Assembly: GCA_021613535.1 (NCBI GenBank)
Contig: CP075492.1
Span: 930,001 to 994,000 of the forward strand
Direction of reading: 5' to 3'
Source: Adineta vaga
Lineage: Eukaryota > Animalia > Rotifera
DNA: 64,000 bases
Part shown: positions 1 to 13,349 of the stretch, piece by piece
Layout of the letters: each line of letters begins with the position of its first letter
Position numbering within the stretch: the stretch's first letter is position 1
Notes under the pieces: model-generated
Databases searched by the model: none
What the model was told of the DNA's origin: nothing
The model's input: only the letters and a program-made list of their open reading frames with translations
Program-made: the position numbers and the translations under genes

Positions 1-2909
1 AAATGTATAATTGGGAAAAAGCAATGGAACAACGAGTACGTGAAACACGTCAACGTGAAGTTTCGAACATTTACAAAGTCAGTTGCTTAAGAGCTCTCAA
101 TGTTGCTTTTGCTTTTACATCAGTACCCTTAATTTCTCTTGCTACATTTGGTGGTAGTTGGTTATTGGATCGAACTTTACTGTCAGAAAATATATTCACA
201 ATAATAGGCTTTTTCGTCATGGTCCGAGTTCCAGTAACAATTGGATTACCCAGTGCGATCGAAAAATTCAGTGAAGCTCGTGTTTCTGCAAGACGAATTG
301 ATCAATTTATGCAACTTGATATATTATCGAATAAACATGTAAAAATGGAAAATAACAACAGAGATCATATTATTCTAATGGAAGATGCATCATTTTCTTG
401 GAAAGATACTCCTTCTTTATTTTCTCTCAATCTTAAAGTCAAAAGTGGAACTTTAGTTGGAATAAAGGGTCCAATTGGTTCTGGTAAATCAACTTTATTT
501 GCTGCTATTCTAGATGAGATCAATCTTGTTAGTGGTAAATTACAATTATATGTTAATTCAATTTCATATGCACCACAATCAGCTTGGATATTTGCTGATA
601 CGATTCGAGCGAATATTCTTCTTGGCAAAGCAATGGATAATGAACGTTATAAGAATGTCATAAAAGCATGTTGTCTTGATATTGATCTTGAAAATTTCGG
701 TGAAGTTGGTGATTTATTAATGATTGGTGATAAAGGAATAAATTTGAGTGGTGGACAAAGGGCTCGTATATCGCTTGCACGTGCTCTATACGCTAATGCT
801 GACTTATATTTACTCGATGATCCACTTGCTGCCGTTGATCCAAAGGTGGCAAAGCATATTTTTGATCAATGTATTGGACCTCGTAGTCTCCTTCGTGGAA
901 AAACTCGAATATTAATAACACATCAAACACATTTCTTAGTTGAAGCAGATCAAATCATTTCTATGATAAATGGTCATATTGAAGAATCACGGATGGAACT
1001 ATCAAATAATATATCAGAAGTAGAATCATCTGACAACAAGGAAACAGATTGGATACCTAATGCTTCTGTAAATGATATGAATTCAATTGTTAAGAATGAG
1101 ACATCAGTGGAAGGTGCAATTGAATGGCGTGTTTGGCTCAAACTATTTACTGCACCACCTTTACGATGGTTTGGTTTGTTTCTAATGATTAGTTTTATGC
1201 TCATTAATGAAGCTGCATACGACTTTTCAAATGTTTGGCTTGCTATGTGGTCTGATAAAGATAATAAAGAACAACGATTATCGTGTTATGCTTATATCTA
1301 TCTCGGAGCTATAAGTTTTACATTTATCATAGCAATCATACGTGTTGGTTTTGGCTATTATATTATGTTGCGTGGTTCGACCTATTTACACAATGGAATG
1401 CTCAAAGGTATGTTATATACTTCATTACGTTTCTTTGAAAGTAATCCAAGTGGAAGAATCTTGAATCGAGCAAGTAAAGATCAACAAGTATTAGATCAAT
1501 CATTACCATTAGCTTTAATTGATACTATGCAATATCTCTTAATGATTATTGGTTCTATTACAATCATTGGAAGGACTAATCCATGGGTACTTCTAATTCT
1601 CATTCCTTTGATTCCTTCAGTTTTATGGCTTCGTCGATTTTACTTGTGTTCAAGTCGTCAACTGAAACGACTTGAAAGTGTAACACGTAGTCCTATTTAT
1701 ACACTCTTCTCATCATCATTTGACGGACTGACTAGTATTCGTGCATTTAATGTTCAAGATGATTTTTTAAATATGTTTATGGAAAGAATTGATACTAATT
1801 CACGAGCTTACTTCATTCTTTCTACATCTGCATATTGGTTTGGTTTACGACTTGATGTTATAGTATCCTTTCTCACGTTGGTTACTGCTCTTCTTGCAGT
1901 CGCTCTTCGTCATCAAATTGAATCGTCGGCAGCAGCACTTAGTTTAACATATTGTATCAGTTTAACAGGTCTCTTTCCATGGGCTATGCGACAATCAGCC
2001 GAAGCTGAAAATTTCATGACTAGTGCAGAACGTATTCATGAATATAGTCAACTGATACCAGAAAGTCAACAGAACAATAATGTTCTTATTCAACCAGCAA
2101 CGGATTGGCCTTCTCGTGGTATTATTGAATTTAAAGAGTATACTTTTCGTTATCGTCCAGAACTTGATCCTGTACTTAAAAATCTTAATCTACGAATTGA
2201 ATCAAAGGAAAAGATCGGTGTTATTGGTCGAACAGGTATGATTATTTCATTTTTAAGACTATAGTTCAAACCTTATTATTTGACTGGTACGTGTAAGTTT
2301 CCGACTTTTTCTTTAGGTGCCGGCAAATCATCACTTCTTCAAGCTCTCTTTCGACTTATTGATCAATCAACAATTGACGGAACTATACTCATTGATGATA
2401 TCGATATTGGACGTCTTTCACTCGATCATCTTCGTTCTCATCTAAGTGTTATTCCACAAGTGCCCATACTTTTCTGTGGTACACTTCGTTACAATATCGA
2501 TCCATTCGAACAATATTCAGATGAAGAATGTCTTACAGCACTTGAAGCTGTTCAACTCAAACAATTAGTACGCAATCATCCCGATGGACTTCATCTATTA
2601 GTCGCTGAATCGGGTGTTAATTTAAGTACTGGTGAACGTCAATTGATTTGTGTAGCTCGAGCCATTCTAAAGAAGAGTCATATATTGTTGATTGATGAGG
2701 CAACAGCAAATGTTGACCATGCTACTGATAGAATGATTCAAGAGGTGATTTCTGATAAATTCCGTGATTGCACCATATTAACAATTGCTCATCGATTGAA
2801 TACAATTGTCAATAGTGATCGAATTCTTATGTTACAACAGGGAGAAGTTGTCTACTTCGATATACCTAGTAATATTCATCTTGAGGGTGTAAGTTTCGAC
2901 TCATTTTAG
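1..2909 (+). CDS. ABCC/MRP-type ABC transporter (ABCC4-like), 5'-partial; exons <1..2235 and 2317..2909
   Basis: NBD1 GPIGSGKST, LSGGQRARI, YLLDD; second TM domain; the NBD2 Walker A GRTG|AGKS is split by an 81-nt GT-AG intron (2236..2316); LSTGERQL, LLIDEATA and IAHRL motifs; stop at 2907-2909. Confidence 0.93.
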
Positions 2910-3046
2910 AGTCTCATCAGGCGGTTTAATAAATTTTGCATAATAAAAACAAAAGGTTCTCAAAATATTTGAAATCCAAAGATTTTTCAAAATTAATTTT
3001 TTGTATTTTTATAAGGGGATATTTGGTGATATTTTTTATTTTACTC

Positions 3047-3106
3047 CATCTTGAGGGTGTGGGTAAGAGTGAAGTGAATATACTCTCATGTACACCCACA
3101 CCTTCA
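3047..3106. repeat. Telomere-like inverted-arm hairpin unit
   Basis: catcttgagggtgtgggt...acacccacaccttca; 138 bp after the ABCC stop. Confidence 0.85.
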
Positions 3107-3466
3107 TCGAGAATAATTCCAAGCACCTCAGTGTTGTTTTTGTTCGATTATGTTCATCAATGACGAAGTTTAATATTTCCATTTGAATATTATGAATAAA
3201 TAAATAATTTATATGCTTCATATTTAACAGTTTGAGTAAAATTAAATTCATATGATGAATCAGGATTGCATTCTAAACGTGCACCTTTTGTAAAAACCAA
3301 TGATTGAATATGTTTTAATAATTCAATTGTAGGAGGTTTATTTTCATTTAATATAAGAAATGATTGTTTTATTTGATTATCTACAACAAGAATTTTATTT
3401 TCACTAAGTTGTTAACGAATATTTTCAAATTTCAAAATATCTCATTTTTTCTTTTATATAAAAATG

Positions 3467-3524
3467 AATCTTGAGGGTATTGGTGTTAGACAGATGTAGT
3501 ACTCACACCCACTCTCAAATGATT
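3467..3524. repeat. Telomere-like inverted-arm hairpin unit
   Basis: aatcttgagggtattggtgt...acacccactctcaaatgatt. Confidence 0.8.
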
Positions 3525-3899
3525 ACTCCGAGATATCGAAGAACCACTGAAGTTTAACGAAACTAGTAGTATTTCAAGTACAAGTATAATACTTTTACTT
3601 GCATGCAGTGTATATACTTGTCCTAGCTCTGATTTTCATGATATTCAAGCAAGAATGTGGAAAGATTAACGCAAGTTCGTCAACTGACGTCTTAATATTT
3701 CCATTCTTTTTCTATATTTACAGCAAGAGATGATAATTTACGTATGTTATTTTTTTGTTGAGCTATGCTTTTCTAAAGAGAAAAGCAAGTTCCTTCTTTT
3801 AATTCTACATTTTTTAACGTTGTATTTGCTTTAAATAGTTCATGGAATCGTTGTTTCCACAAGCTTTATTTATTGACACTGTACTGGGCGTCTCTCTAG

Positions 3900-5000
3900 T
3901 ATTATTTTAGTAATTTTTCAAATGATTAACTCAGAATTTAACCGGAAAACAAGTTTCCTCGTGTTTAAATGACGTAAAACAGTTTAATGAAAATATAATT
4001 CTCTAGAAAATAAAAATGATTTTTTTTTTGTTAAGTTCATAAATAATATAGAGTCATACATCAAAATGTGTTGTCTTGATTTCAATTTCTTAGAATCGAT
4101 ATACATAAATTCATTTGTATAGCAAATTAATTGTTCAAGGTTAACAAATATTTTACAGAATCGATCACGTTGATTTCAATTTTGAAATGAACCATCAAAG
4201 ATTTCTAATTTTTTAATAGATTTATTGAAAAATTTGCAAAATTCATCATCATCATCAAAGCAATCTATTATATCGGATAATTTCATTTTTAAGAACGTCA
4301 ATTGTGTAGCTGATTTGAATATTTCTTTTAATATATCTAAATGTTTCAAACTTCAAATGATAAAGAATTAATATTAGAAAAAAAAATATTGACTTTTTTC
4401 TTCTAAATTTTTCGAATGCAGTGTTAAGTCTTTTACATTATCAAACCTGTTAAGATGATTAATTAATTAATTAATTCATTGTAATATCTATGACCATCAG
4501 ATGGTAGAATGTCGATTTCATCAAATTGATATGGAACAGTCTAAATTAATACCGAAGATTTAGATATAATATATTCCGTATACCAATTATGTTTATTACA
4601 CTAAAAATCATTTTGAAATTCTTTTCAATTTTCTTCGTTAACACAGTTGTGTGTAAAACTAAACTGAGAAAATTAGAATTTGAAATTCTTTAGATGAATT
4701 AACAAAAGATGTTATGAAATGTTGCCATTCCGAAGCATTTATCACATTTTAACTTTTATCATCTATTATTATTAAATTTTCTAAATTTGGGGTTTGTTTT
4801 AATAAGATAAAAAGTTAATAAAAATCACTTTCAAAGTTATTTATATGCAATATTTTCAGATTATTTGTAGAATTACCAATATATTTCATATAATCTACTC
4901 TCACATTTCGATCATTGACAGATTCTAATTTTAAATATTTTAGTTTTGATGTATTTTTACTATTGCATTTTATATCGCATAAAATTTATTTAATGACGCT
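3900..5000 (-). pseudogene. Degenerate LRR/F-box-associated family gene (approximate limits)
   Basis: Minus-strand fragments TPNLENLII, INASEWQHFITS, DFQNDF*CNKHNWYTEY..*TVPY and DDDEFCKFFNKSIKKLEI, with in-frame stops. Confidence 0.5.
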
Positions 5001-5183
5001 CATCATGTTGCTCGACGAGAGAGTTGATATCTTGGAAAAAACTTTCTTGATGAATGAAGAATTGAAAACAAGAGTATTCGAACAGAAATTAGACGAATAT
5101 GAAGTTTAAAATATTGCGCATAATATATGAAACTTTATTGTATTTTAAGAGAAGAAAGAAAAATGGAAATAAAGAAAACTAAA

Positions 5184-5228
5184 AGGGATGTGAATTAAGA
5201 CTATAGTCTGACCCACACCTACACCCTC
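5184..5228. repeat. Telomere-like inverted-arm hairpin unit (degenerate left arm)
   Basis: agggatgtga..agactatagtct (palindromic core)..acccacacctacaccctc. Confidence 0.7.
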
Positions 5229-5685
5229 TTTTCGTATGTTTTTGACGAATTGTCTCTCGAGAACAGATATGTTTTATATTAGAATAGATATCTTCATGTA
5301 CTACTCGCTGATTCTACAGATGGTCTTTTGTTTTTTAAAAAAACTAATCTTGTAGAATTTCATAAAAGTTGATTGAACAGATCAAAAAGGTTTGTTTCTC
5401 TTCTTTCATCTTTTTCTAATTTAAATTTTTTTCTTATTTTCCTTTTAAACATGTACAGTTAGGATCTAATGATCACACTTTTTTAGAACAATAAAAACAA
5501 ATAATCATAAGTGATATGAATTCATTGATTTAATAAATTTATTTTATATAATTTTAAACAACATCAAAACATTACAACACAAATTCTATTTTTGTCTTTG
5601 AAAACTTTTTTTTTATTAATAATTGCTTCATCACATGTTTTTGTCATATATTGTTGATTAATATTTCTAGTACAGATCTTTGTCA

Positions 5686-6720
5686 TCAATGTTGATAACG
5701 AATAGGTAAACATTTAATGAAGATTTGAAGAGTTGTTTTACGAAATAGACATGATGTTAATAATGATATATAAAATGCTTTGACATTATTTAAATAATAA
5801 CAATAATTTGAAAATAAATAAAATATATATATAAAAGTACCTTGTGTTAAATTTCTAAGACCACCAACAAGAAAAGCAACTGATGAAAACATAATTGTCC
5901 ATTGTAATGAAATAAAAGCTGTTACAATAACTTGCACAAATATCATTCTAATAAAATGATTTCGAGAACGACGGAAATTTCCTGCTGTTGCCTCTCCTGT
6001 TACTTGCTACAAACAAAAAACTTCTATTTTTATTTTTTCAAAGAAAAATCCTTCACTTACTATTCTTTGACGACTCTTTCGAAGATTACGATATGTTAAA
6101 AGAACGAAGATCAACATTGTCATTGGTTGAAGAATACCATTAACGATCATATATAAAATATTATTAGTTAATGGTTGTGTAATTGTACATCCAGTTGTAA
6201 TTCTATATTCATAAAGAATAGGAACACGTATTGAAGCCAAACAACTAATAAGAATAGTAATAACAATACATAACGGAACCATTTTTAGTTTATTAATACG
6301 ACGGATAGGTGATGTAAAACTACATGTACTAGCATATCGATCAATAATTGCCATTAATAAGAAATTCAGCGATAAATAAGGTAAGAATGTAAGACTCGTC
6401 ATTTGAATTGGACATAAATAGGTCAATTCTAACCATGGAATACGAGTTCCATATGTTAATTTCAAATAATTTGCAAATAAATTGAGAACAAGATTTATAA
6501 TATCAATAAATGAACCACAAAGTGAATAAATACAACATGTATTTGAACGAAGTTCACGTTGAAGATAAGTAAGAACATTACCAAAAAATCCAACTAGACC
6601 AAGAATAGCAAATACTAGTGGTAACTGATCGACAATTTGTTTTAATATAACATTAACAATCGTAATTGAGTTTGTTACTGTAGATGAAGTTATATTGTTT
6701 GTTGTACTGTTAGATGCCAT
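5686..6720 (-). CDS. Rhodopsin-like 7TM GPCR; exons 6720..6061 and 6006..5686
   Basis: N-glycosylated N-terminus, GN in TM1, IDRY at the end of TM3; a 54-nt GT-AG intron (6060..6007) joins two ORFs in frame to give 7 hydrophobic segments. Confidence 0.85.
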
Positions 6721-7836
6721 TCGATTGAGTTAAGATCAAATAATGAGATAGAACATTCAGTTGACAGATTGATAAGTTTTGCTTTTTTTTTGTCTTAATG
6801 TCACCTTTGGCTTTAATAATATTATTAAAAAAGTTACGAGAAAAAAAAGAAGAAAAAGCGCCGCTGAGCATAAATACCCCTTCTAAGTGCATCTTTTTTC
6901 CCTCCTACGGCACAATATGATTAATTTAACAAGAATATAAATCTAGATCAAGATTCTCAACCAAGAGAATAAAAGTAATAAAGGAAGTGGATTATCTTAT
7001 AAATTTCTATCGAATTAAATCTTGTGAACCCAAAAGTAAAGATTTCTATGAAAGAAAATTTCAACTTTGAAAATCTCAATATTGTGTTTACATAAGAACA
7101 ATATGTTCTTCTCTTGTCTTGTATAACTTTATGTTGTTACATGATAGATTAGTATATAACTGTTGATTAATTTTCCTTCATAAATATGAGTGAATTGCGT
7201 CGTTATTCTACTGTTTTAAGAAAATCAAAAAAAATTAAAAGTAAATATAAAGAATATTTCAATGCTGTATTCGATAGAGCTTGACGAATTATAGATAAGT
7301 TCGATGTTTTCCCATGTTTCTAAACAAAAGAGTTCATATTTTTCAAGGTTCTTTTAACATAATCAAATAAATTGTTTTAGCAATATCCTTAGAGAATAAG
7401 ATGCCTTAATCAATATTTTCCATTAACGTCATACATTAGCTGACAGCATGTTGAGAAGCAGAATCTAATAAGCGTATGTGGAACTTAATCAACACATATA
7501 AATCTGTATTAAGAGCACAAAAGAGCTGACGGCAATGTCACAGTCACTTCGCTGTCTTCTTTTTTGTTTTTAATCTCTTGTAGAAGGTCCTCAGAAGCTT
7601 TTTTTTAGAACAGATATTTCTTGTCCTCTAGCCTAGCGAGTGTGGATGTAGGAGTATGGACCTGATTGTTCGGTGAAATTGATTTTTCAAAAACAAATCA
7701 ATATTTTGTTTTCGAAAGTTAAAACATATTTGAACAATAATATGTGAGCCATTTTCTCGTATATTAAGTGACCAGATGAATTCGTCTCAGTATTAGGACA
7801 AGCTCAAAATACCTGTCCTCCACGCTGTGAAGTGCA

Positions 7837-7873
7837 CAGTCGAGGGTGAAGTGAGTCGGCCCGACGAGCATTA
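7837..7873 (-). repeat. Unclassified ~38-bp dispersed repeat, copy 1 of 3
   Basis: Reverse complement taatgctcgtcgggccgactcacttcaccctcgactg matches 18666..18703 and 33668..33705. Confidence 0.75.
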
Positions 7874-8373
7874 CTTGTTGTAAAAGTTTCTGTGTATTCT
7901 AACGAACGGATCATATAAATATTCTGATGAAATTTAGAATTCTGGATCCAGATAAAACGTTCCAGGATCTTTTACGGAACTTTTTAGGAATTTAATGAAC
8001 AATTTTTAAATTCATTTTTTTTGTGTTTTTCAAGACGACAAGATCTTCACGCAATCCTGAAAGATTGTGCAATAGGATGTTCTAATGATCCTATCTGGAA
8101 CTTGACAAGACTTTTCTCTGACCTATCATCATTTCTTGGAATAATTATGAGAGATGTTTATTCAATAAATCTAAGTAAAAGCTTGACCAGATCCTCATAT
8201 AGTATTATCTTAATATTTCGGCGAAGGCGCCCTGTCGTGTCAATCTATCAAAGTAATCAGAGCAAAAATCCAAGAATGAGATTGTACTATATCTTGTGAA
8301 AAGGAAAATACCAGGATTTAAAATAGGAGCCTATAACAAAGAAAATACGAGGAATTGCGACAGGATTCTTAGT

Positions 8374-8427
8374 CATCTTGAGGGTGTGGGTGTCGATGCA
8401 GAAATAATATTTACATTCACACCCTGA
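8374..8427. repeat. Telomere-like inverted-arm hairpin unit
   Basis: catcttgagggtgtgggtgt...acattcacaccctga. Confidence 0.85.
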
Positions 8428-9183
8428 TATGAAATCTTTGTATTGTTAATGATGTCAAATAAGATCAATAGAAATATAAAGATACAGATAACTGAGTGAA
8501 CAACAATATATTCATTGTTTTTTTTTAATAGGAATTTTTTTATCAGATTCGATCGAGTTAAAGATTTACAAGGCTTTGAATCATTCAGATGTTAATTGAT
8601 AAGAGATGTTCTATGTTATAACGAGAAATATAAGATATTTCATATGTCATTAAAAGTACATATACACTTACAGGACATATAAGAACAAAAAACTATCAAA
8701 TGAACGTACTTGTATTATTTACCTGAAGAAGATTACATTGATATATACATATTATCAGTGAAAACAGAATAAAACAAAATTGTTTATTTTAGGATCAGTA
8801 AAATAATACAAATATATAATGATAGTTAATAACAATTTTACTTGTACATCTAATGTTAATTAGAAGATTAAATATTTTCTTATCTATAAACATATAGATA
8901 AATCAAGGTTTTATTTTTCTATTGAATAATAATAAAAAAGAAAAAAAACAACAACAGACATGTTTATATTTACACGTTATAGTTATATTAAAAACAACGC
9001 ATCGATAAATTTTAAATTTAATGATGTAAAATTAGTTTTAATTTTAATTTTAATGAATAATAAATATTTTGTTTATTATCTTCTATATCTTTATTTGTTA
9101 AATAATTTATCATTAAATAAATTTTATATTAGTCATATAAGTACAAAGTAAAGAAAACCTTGTGTCATATAATTACATTCATA

Positions 9184-10500
9184 ACCCCTGTTGCATAAGT
9201 TTTGAGACAAATTTGTTTTATATATATCTCGGGTTAAACAAACTTTTTTTCCTTTCTCCCTATATCACGTGATAGAGCGTTGAAAGAAGTTCAGTTTGAT
9301 CTAAAATAAATTAGTTCATCTTTATTCATAATAAAATGGTACGTTCAGAAAGAGAATTCCTTGAAAAACGCATTGTACAACACTACGTGAACTTTGCTAA
9401 ACATGAAAAAAGAATTACTGTAAATCATTTTTTACAAGAACAAATTCCACGTCCAACTATATATCGAATCATTAAAAAGTATGAAGAATTTGGTGCTATT
9501 GGTGATAAGCCTAGAGTTGGTCGTCCTAAAAAATTATCAACACAACAATTAAATCGACTAAAACGCTTGACTGACCAAAAGACTGGAGTTTCATTACGTC
9601 AAATTCAACCAGAATTTAATGTCGATATTTCTACACTTAGTCGACAATTAAAAGCTATGGGTATTACGTATCGAAAAAAGAAACGAGCACCCAAATACAC
9701 CGACAAACAACTTGATGAAATTCCAACACGTGCAAGACGATTATGCCGAGCATTATCTGAAGATAATGTTGAATTAGTGTTGGATGACGAAAAGTATTTC
9801 CTATTACATAATGAATCGATATCTGCTAACCGTGGTTTTTATACATCTGATCCAAGTGCTGCACCACCAGAAGTAAAATTTAAACGAACGAAAAAATTTG
9901 AACCCAAAATTATGGTGTGGATTGCCGTGTCCGAATATGGTATCTCCGAGCCCTTCTTCTCACAACAAAAACAAGCTGTTACCAAAACTACTTATTTAAA
10001 TAATTGTATTAAAGCTCGTTTGATGCCATTTATTCAAAACAATCATTCTAAACAAAATGTGTTGTTCTGGCCTGATCTGGCGAGAAGCCATTATGCTCAT
10101 CAAGTGATCGAATATTTAGATGAAAATAACATTCGTTTTGTATCTGAACAAGAAAATCCACAAAACTGTCCACAAGCTCGACCAATCGAAACATTTTGGT
10201 CTATTCTTGAACAAATGGTATATGCTGGTGGTTGGGAAGCACAAAACATTGATCAATTGAAGAGAAGAATTAGGAAAAAATTAGATGAAGTTGATATTAA
10301 AGTTGTACAAACCATGTTTTCAGGCATAGCAAAACAGCTTCGACGAATTGCTGATAAAGGACCTTATGAAGCCTGTTCTTTTTGATTTTTTGTACAGTAG
10401 CATTAGTACTTTTGTTATATAGGAAAAATAAAAAATGAAAGCTTGTTGTTCGAAAAAAACGGATAAAACAAATTTGTCTCAAAACTTATGCAACAGGGGT
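9184..10500 (+). mobile_element. Full-length Tc1/mariner (IS630-Tc1-mariner) transposon, DD37E type
   Basis: Perfect 38-bp TIRs (acccctgttgcataagttttgagacaaatttgttttat), TA flanks at 9182-9183 and 10501-10502, uninterrupted transposase. Confidence 0.96.
9336..10385 (+). CDS. DD37E transposase, 349 aa
   Basis: Paired-like HTH with GRPKKL; catalytic D (LDDEKYF), D (FWPDLARSH) and E (RPIE), with 37 residues between the second D and the E. Confidence 0.93.
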   Translation: MVRSEREFLEKRIVQHYVNFAKHEKRITVNHFLQEQIPRPTIYRIIKKYEEFGAIGDKPRVGRPKKLSTQQLNRLKRLTDQKTGVSLRQIQPEFNVDISTLSRQLKAMGITYRKKKRAPKYTDKQLDEIPTRARRLCRALSEDNVELVLDDEKYFLLHNESISANRGFYTSDPSAAPPEVKFKRTKKFEPKIMVWIAVSEYGISEPFFSQQKQAVTKTTYLNNCIKARLMPFIQNNHSKQNVLFWPDLARSHYAHQVIEYLDENNIRFVSEQENPQNCPQARPIETFWSILEQMVYAGGWEAQNIDQLKRRIRKKLDEVDIKVVQTMFSGIAKQLRRIADKGPYEACSF

Positions 10501-10858
10501 TATTTAGAATCTACTTTATTTTAATCAAAAAAGATATAAAAAACAAATTGTTCTATATGTTTAACTAAGATCTTGAAGAATGACTATCCCTAACAGAAAA
10601 TAGAATCAACATTATAATGTTATCATCTATACTCGATGATTGTTATATAGTTTTATTTATGTGCAGATATTATCGAGAAAAAAATCATGCATTAAAAATG
10701 TTAAGCAGAATGAAACGTAACGACGTAGAAAAATATGTTTACTCTATCTTGAATCTTGTAACATATTTTTTCCATCAAAGCGATTGTTTTAAGCTCTCTA
10801 CAATTTTCGAAGTTAGTTAAGAAACGTAACGCGGCAGAATTGTTTCAATTCGTAAATC

Positions 10859-10906
10859 GGGTGTGGATGTAGATCAGACTATACTCTTAACCCACAATCA
10901 CATCCT
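10859..10906. repeat. Telomere-like inverted-arm hairpin unit (degenerate)
   Basis: gggtgtggatgt...acccacaatcacatcct. Confidence 0.7.
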
Positions 10907-11533
10907 AAAATAGCAAATGGCATTAAAACTAGTAGGAAAAATATGAAAATAAATTCGTATAATCCTTTAATTTCGTATAATTAACTCTGAGAATATTTCT
11001 ATTTGAACTATCTTTTAAAAATCATTCTTTTAAAAGCATCGTCATCTTTCTTTAAAAGTTTTTCTTTTTTTTTCTATTAATATATTCATGTGCTTTGTGC
11101 ATTTAGTTTTTTTTTCAATCTCTTTCATCTTCTATTCAAAGACAAACATTTACTTTTTCTTTCATATTTAAAGTCAAACTTTTGATTTTAATGATGTGAC
11201 GATGAAAATAAAATGTACAGCAGATAAACACAACGATTGATAAGAGAAGAAAATAAATTGTTAAAGAATATATTCTATTGATATTTCTATTATTATAATA
11301 ACAATCAGAGAAAGGGTATTATGTTCGCACCTGGTTGATAGAAAAAGAATATATTATCATCGATTTTAAATAAATTAAAGTCAAACATCGACGAAGTGTA
11401 ACAGAGTTTTAATGGGAAAAAGTAATATTCCAGAAGCCATCTTTTCTCTTTTTTTTCATGGAAAATATTGTGACAATCTTATTTAGAGGGTAAACAACGT
11501 TTTCTTCTTTCAGTTTTTATTTTTTTTATTCAA

Positions 11534-13349
11534 ATGTTGAACATATCATTTTTATTATTATTATTATTGAATTTTATTGTAAATTTAAATTCAAACGATA
11601 TTCGCACACTTAAACTATCGAAAATGATGAATATTCAATATCAATGTATTGATCTCGGATGTTCACCATCAATTATTGTTTATGTATCAAATTTAAGAAG
11701 ATGTGAAATTGCTTGTATAAGTTATATAGAATGTCGTACACTTACTTATTCTATAATTAATAATAAATGTGAATTATTTGTTGATATCATTGAACAATTT
11801 GGAAATTTTATTCCACAAATGAATGTTGTGACCATGAGTACTATTGATGATAGAAAACTATCAGCTCGTAAGTTATTTGTTTTTCTAAGTCTGTTTTCTA
11901 TTCCAAAAGAAGAAAACAAAATTTAATTAACAGCATTGCAGAAGAGAAAGAAGGGAAATGTTTCTATAAGAATAAAATTTCATTTGTTTTCATACTCGCG
12001 AACGATTTGTAGACATTCATAATAATCGTGAACGAAATCTTTCTCTACAATAATACAAACTTATTTTAGCTATAACAAAAATAACAACTACCACCAGTAC
12101 CAGTACCAGCAGCACCAGCTCCAGCAGCACCAGTACCACCAGTACCAGCACCAGCACCAGCAGCACCAGCTCCAGCAGCACCAGTACCAGTACTAGCACC
12201 AGCAGCACCAGCTCCAGCAGCACCAGCTCCAGCAGCACCAGTACCAGTACCACCACCAGTACCAGTACCAGCAGCACAAGCACCACTAGTACCAGTACCA
12301 CCACCTCCACAACAACAAAAACAACAACAACCACAACTCGGACAACTAGTACGACAACTTCAGCGCGTAAGAAAAAGTTACAATATCTCTATTTGAAAGA
12401 TTTACCTTGTTCCTATTTATCACCTTAATATTATATGAGTTATGTTGAAGTAGATTTAACTAAGATTTCTCGATGGTTCTATTCATAAAACATAGATTCA
12501 ATACGTATGTGTTACATAAGAAAGTAGAAAAAACATAGTTTTTAATCATTTTTCTTAGATATTTTATAATTCACCTCGAAAACAGATGAATATCTTCTTC
12601 TTTCACTATCTCAACAATTCGGTCTTTTCAGTGTACTCAAAAAAGTGAGTACACTATACTAGAATCGGTCAGTGTGGATGGCCGCTTAGTCGAATTTGTC
12701 TCATCAATATTTCGGTCGAGTTCGAAGATAGGAAGGATCCCTCAAGAAATGGCTGAGTCATCCTAAAAAATCTCATTAATCACTAATCTATCTATGAACA
12801 CAAGTATAGAGATTTTTTTCAAAATAATTGTTTCACTAATGTTTACTAAATATATAAGTTGACACAGTTGGATAGATGTAGTTAAAAGAACTGTCGAAAA
12901 AACACAAGTCATCAGAAATCATTTACATCAAAAAGATTTCTGATGTTAAATTAGATATAGAGATATTTCCGAATGACTTATTTCTTTTGTACACTTTTCG
13001 TAGTAAACATAACTCTCGGATAAAATCTGAAGTTTCTACATTTATTTGATTCTATTATTTAGCTACTTGTGCTAATACGTGTCCCAGCGGTGCTTCATCT
13101 AGTGATACAACAACCTGTGGTCGAATTTGTGTCACTGTTCCCGTCAATGCTATTGGCGGTACGGGTCTTTGTGCTACTAATTCTACGTATTGTCCTGGTG
13201 GTAATTACACCATACGTCGTAATGCTTATAGTACTGTGAATTTTGATTGTGCCAATTCTTATGGTTGTAATGCTTATGGTGGCTGTTGTACACTTATTGG
13301 TTCAACTGCTTCACCGAATATTTGGTGTATTTCATGTTCATATAATTGA
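11534..13349 (+). CDS. Secreted protein: signal peptide + PAN/apple-like domain + Ser/Thr mucin stalk + 12-Cys C-terminal domain; exons 11534..11867, 12070..12366, 13063..13349
   Basis: Hydrophobic N-terminus; CEIACISYIECRTLTY..CEL apple-like pattern; phase-1 GT-AG introns join in frame; acc/agc/agt repeat exon; stop at 13347-13349. Confidence 0.8.
12086..12335 (+). repeat. Coding low-complexity repeat (ACCAGY/AGC)n encoding a Thr/Ser stalk
   Basis: Tandem accagtaccagcagcaccagctcc units. Confidence 0.9.

Noticed and set aside
2280-2316. Separate gene starting at ORF 2280
   Set aside because: The start lies in the ABCC intron; the ORF is the last ABCC exon
7930-8370. Region rich in caggat/atcctg words
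   Set aside because: Probably a decayed repeat, but no definable ends or period
12017-12334. Minus-strand Val/Leu-rich ORF
   Set aside because: Antisense shadow of the Thr/Ser repeat exon
12629-12656. cagtgtactcaaaaaagtgagtacact, a Tc1-like TIR remnant or hairpin in an intron
   Set aside because: No partner end found; too short to call an element
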